From positions 5,022,879 to 5,072,005 of the forward strand of contig NC_057752.1 in NCBI RefSeq assembly GCF_004010195.1: DNA of 49,127 nt, read 5' to 3'. Below the pieces are notes generated by a model. It saw only the letters and a program-made list of their open reading frames with translations. It had not been told where the DNA came from and made no database searches. Shown here piece after piece: positions 48,455 through 49,127 of this stretch. Source of the DNA: Chiloscyllium plagiosum. Taxonomy: Eukaryota. The translations under genes and the position numbers were made by a program. The first letter of the stretch is position 1. Each line of letters begins with the position of its first letter.

Positions 48455-48880
48455 CAGTACAGAAACAGACCCTTCGGTCCAACTTGTTCATGTCGACCAG
48501 ATATCCCAACCCAATCTAGTCCCACCTGCTAGAGGACTCCCGAGGACCTTACCATTAAGTGTATAAGTCCTCTTTGATTGTGTTTTTTGAAGAAGAAACA
48601 AAGAGGATTGATGAGGGCAGAGCGGTAGATGTGATCTATATGGACATCAGTAAGGCATTCGACAAGATTCCCCATGGGAAGCAAGACTGGTTACCAAGGT
48701 TAGATCTCATGGAATACAGGGAGAACTAGCCATTTGGATACAGAAGTGGCTCAAAGGTAGAAGACAGAGGGTGGTGGTGGAGGTTGTTTTTCAAACTGGA
48801 GGCCTGTGACCAGTGGAGTGCCACAAGGATCGGTGCTGGGTCCACTACCTTTCATCATTTATAGAAATGATTTGGGTGTG
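48455..48880. mobile_element. CR1 with a minus-strand 3' piece (48455-48571) and a plus-strand RT piece (48575-48880); probable 5' inversion
   Basis: Minus piece: tail plus RTYTLNGKVL. Plus piece: [53 protein letters not shown]. Confidence 0.8.
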
Positions 48881-49127
48881 AGTCTCCGGGGCCTGATGGT
48901 CTGCATCCCAGGGTATTGAAGGAGGTGGCTCGGGAAATCGTGGATGCGTTGGTGATTATTTTCCAGAGTTCAATAGATTCGGGGTCGGTTCCTGAGAATT
49001 GGAGGGTGGCTAATGTTATACCACTTTTTAAGAAAGGTGGGAGAGAGAAAGCAGGAAATTATAGACCAGTTAGTCTGACCTCAGTGGTGGGAAAGATGCT
49101 GGAGTCTATTATAAAGAATGAAATTAC
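48881..49127 (+). mobile_element. 5'-truncated CR1 of another subfamily, open frame running off the window
   Basis: [78 protein letters not shown], with no stops and CpGs retained. Confidence 0.92.

Overview
Eukaryotic, vertebrate non-coding DNA. The repeat complement (HE1-like V-SINEs with CR1 partner LINEs, Deu-domain SINEs, Rex1/Babar, L2-group LINEs, Penelope-like elements) points to a cartilaginous fish, probably a shark; this is an inference. I cannot recognise any intact host protein-coding gene. Most ORF-track entries are decayed retrotransposon fragments, tandem-repeat translations, N-gap artefacts or chance ORFs. Roughly half the window is retroelement-derived. Main structures: (1) a five-level nest at ~13.5-20.9 kb, Penelope > Rex1/Babar > CR1 > CR1 plus an HE1 SINE whose 52-53 bp internal unit has expanded ~40-fold; (2) a young Penelope insertion at 21.2-22.3 kb with a 9-bp TSD, ~217-bp near-perfect inverted repeats and two minimal hammerhead ribozyme motifs; (3) several short non-autonomous elements with decayed hammerhead cores or inverted arms, two with 13-bp TSDs; (4) a GC-rich VNTR retroposon ending in a Rex1/Babar-type tail; (5) fossils of template switching (a templated inverted insertion and a probable twin-primed CR1); (6) a CpG-enriched candidate promoter/first exon near 34.3-35.5 kb. 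There is a 443-N assembly gap. Family names rest on recalled motifs and need a Dfam/Repbase check. Boundaries of decayed elements are approximate.
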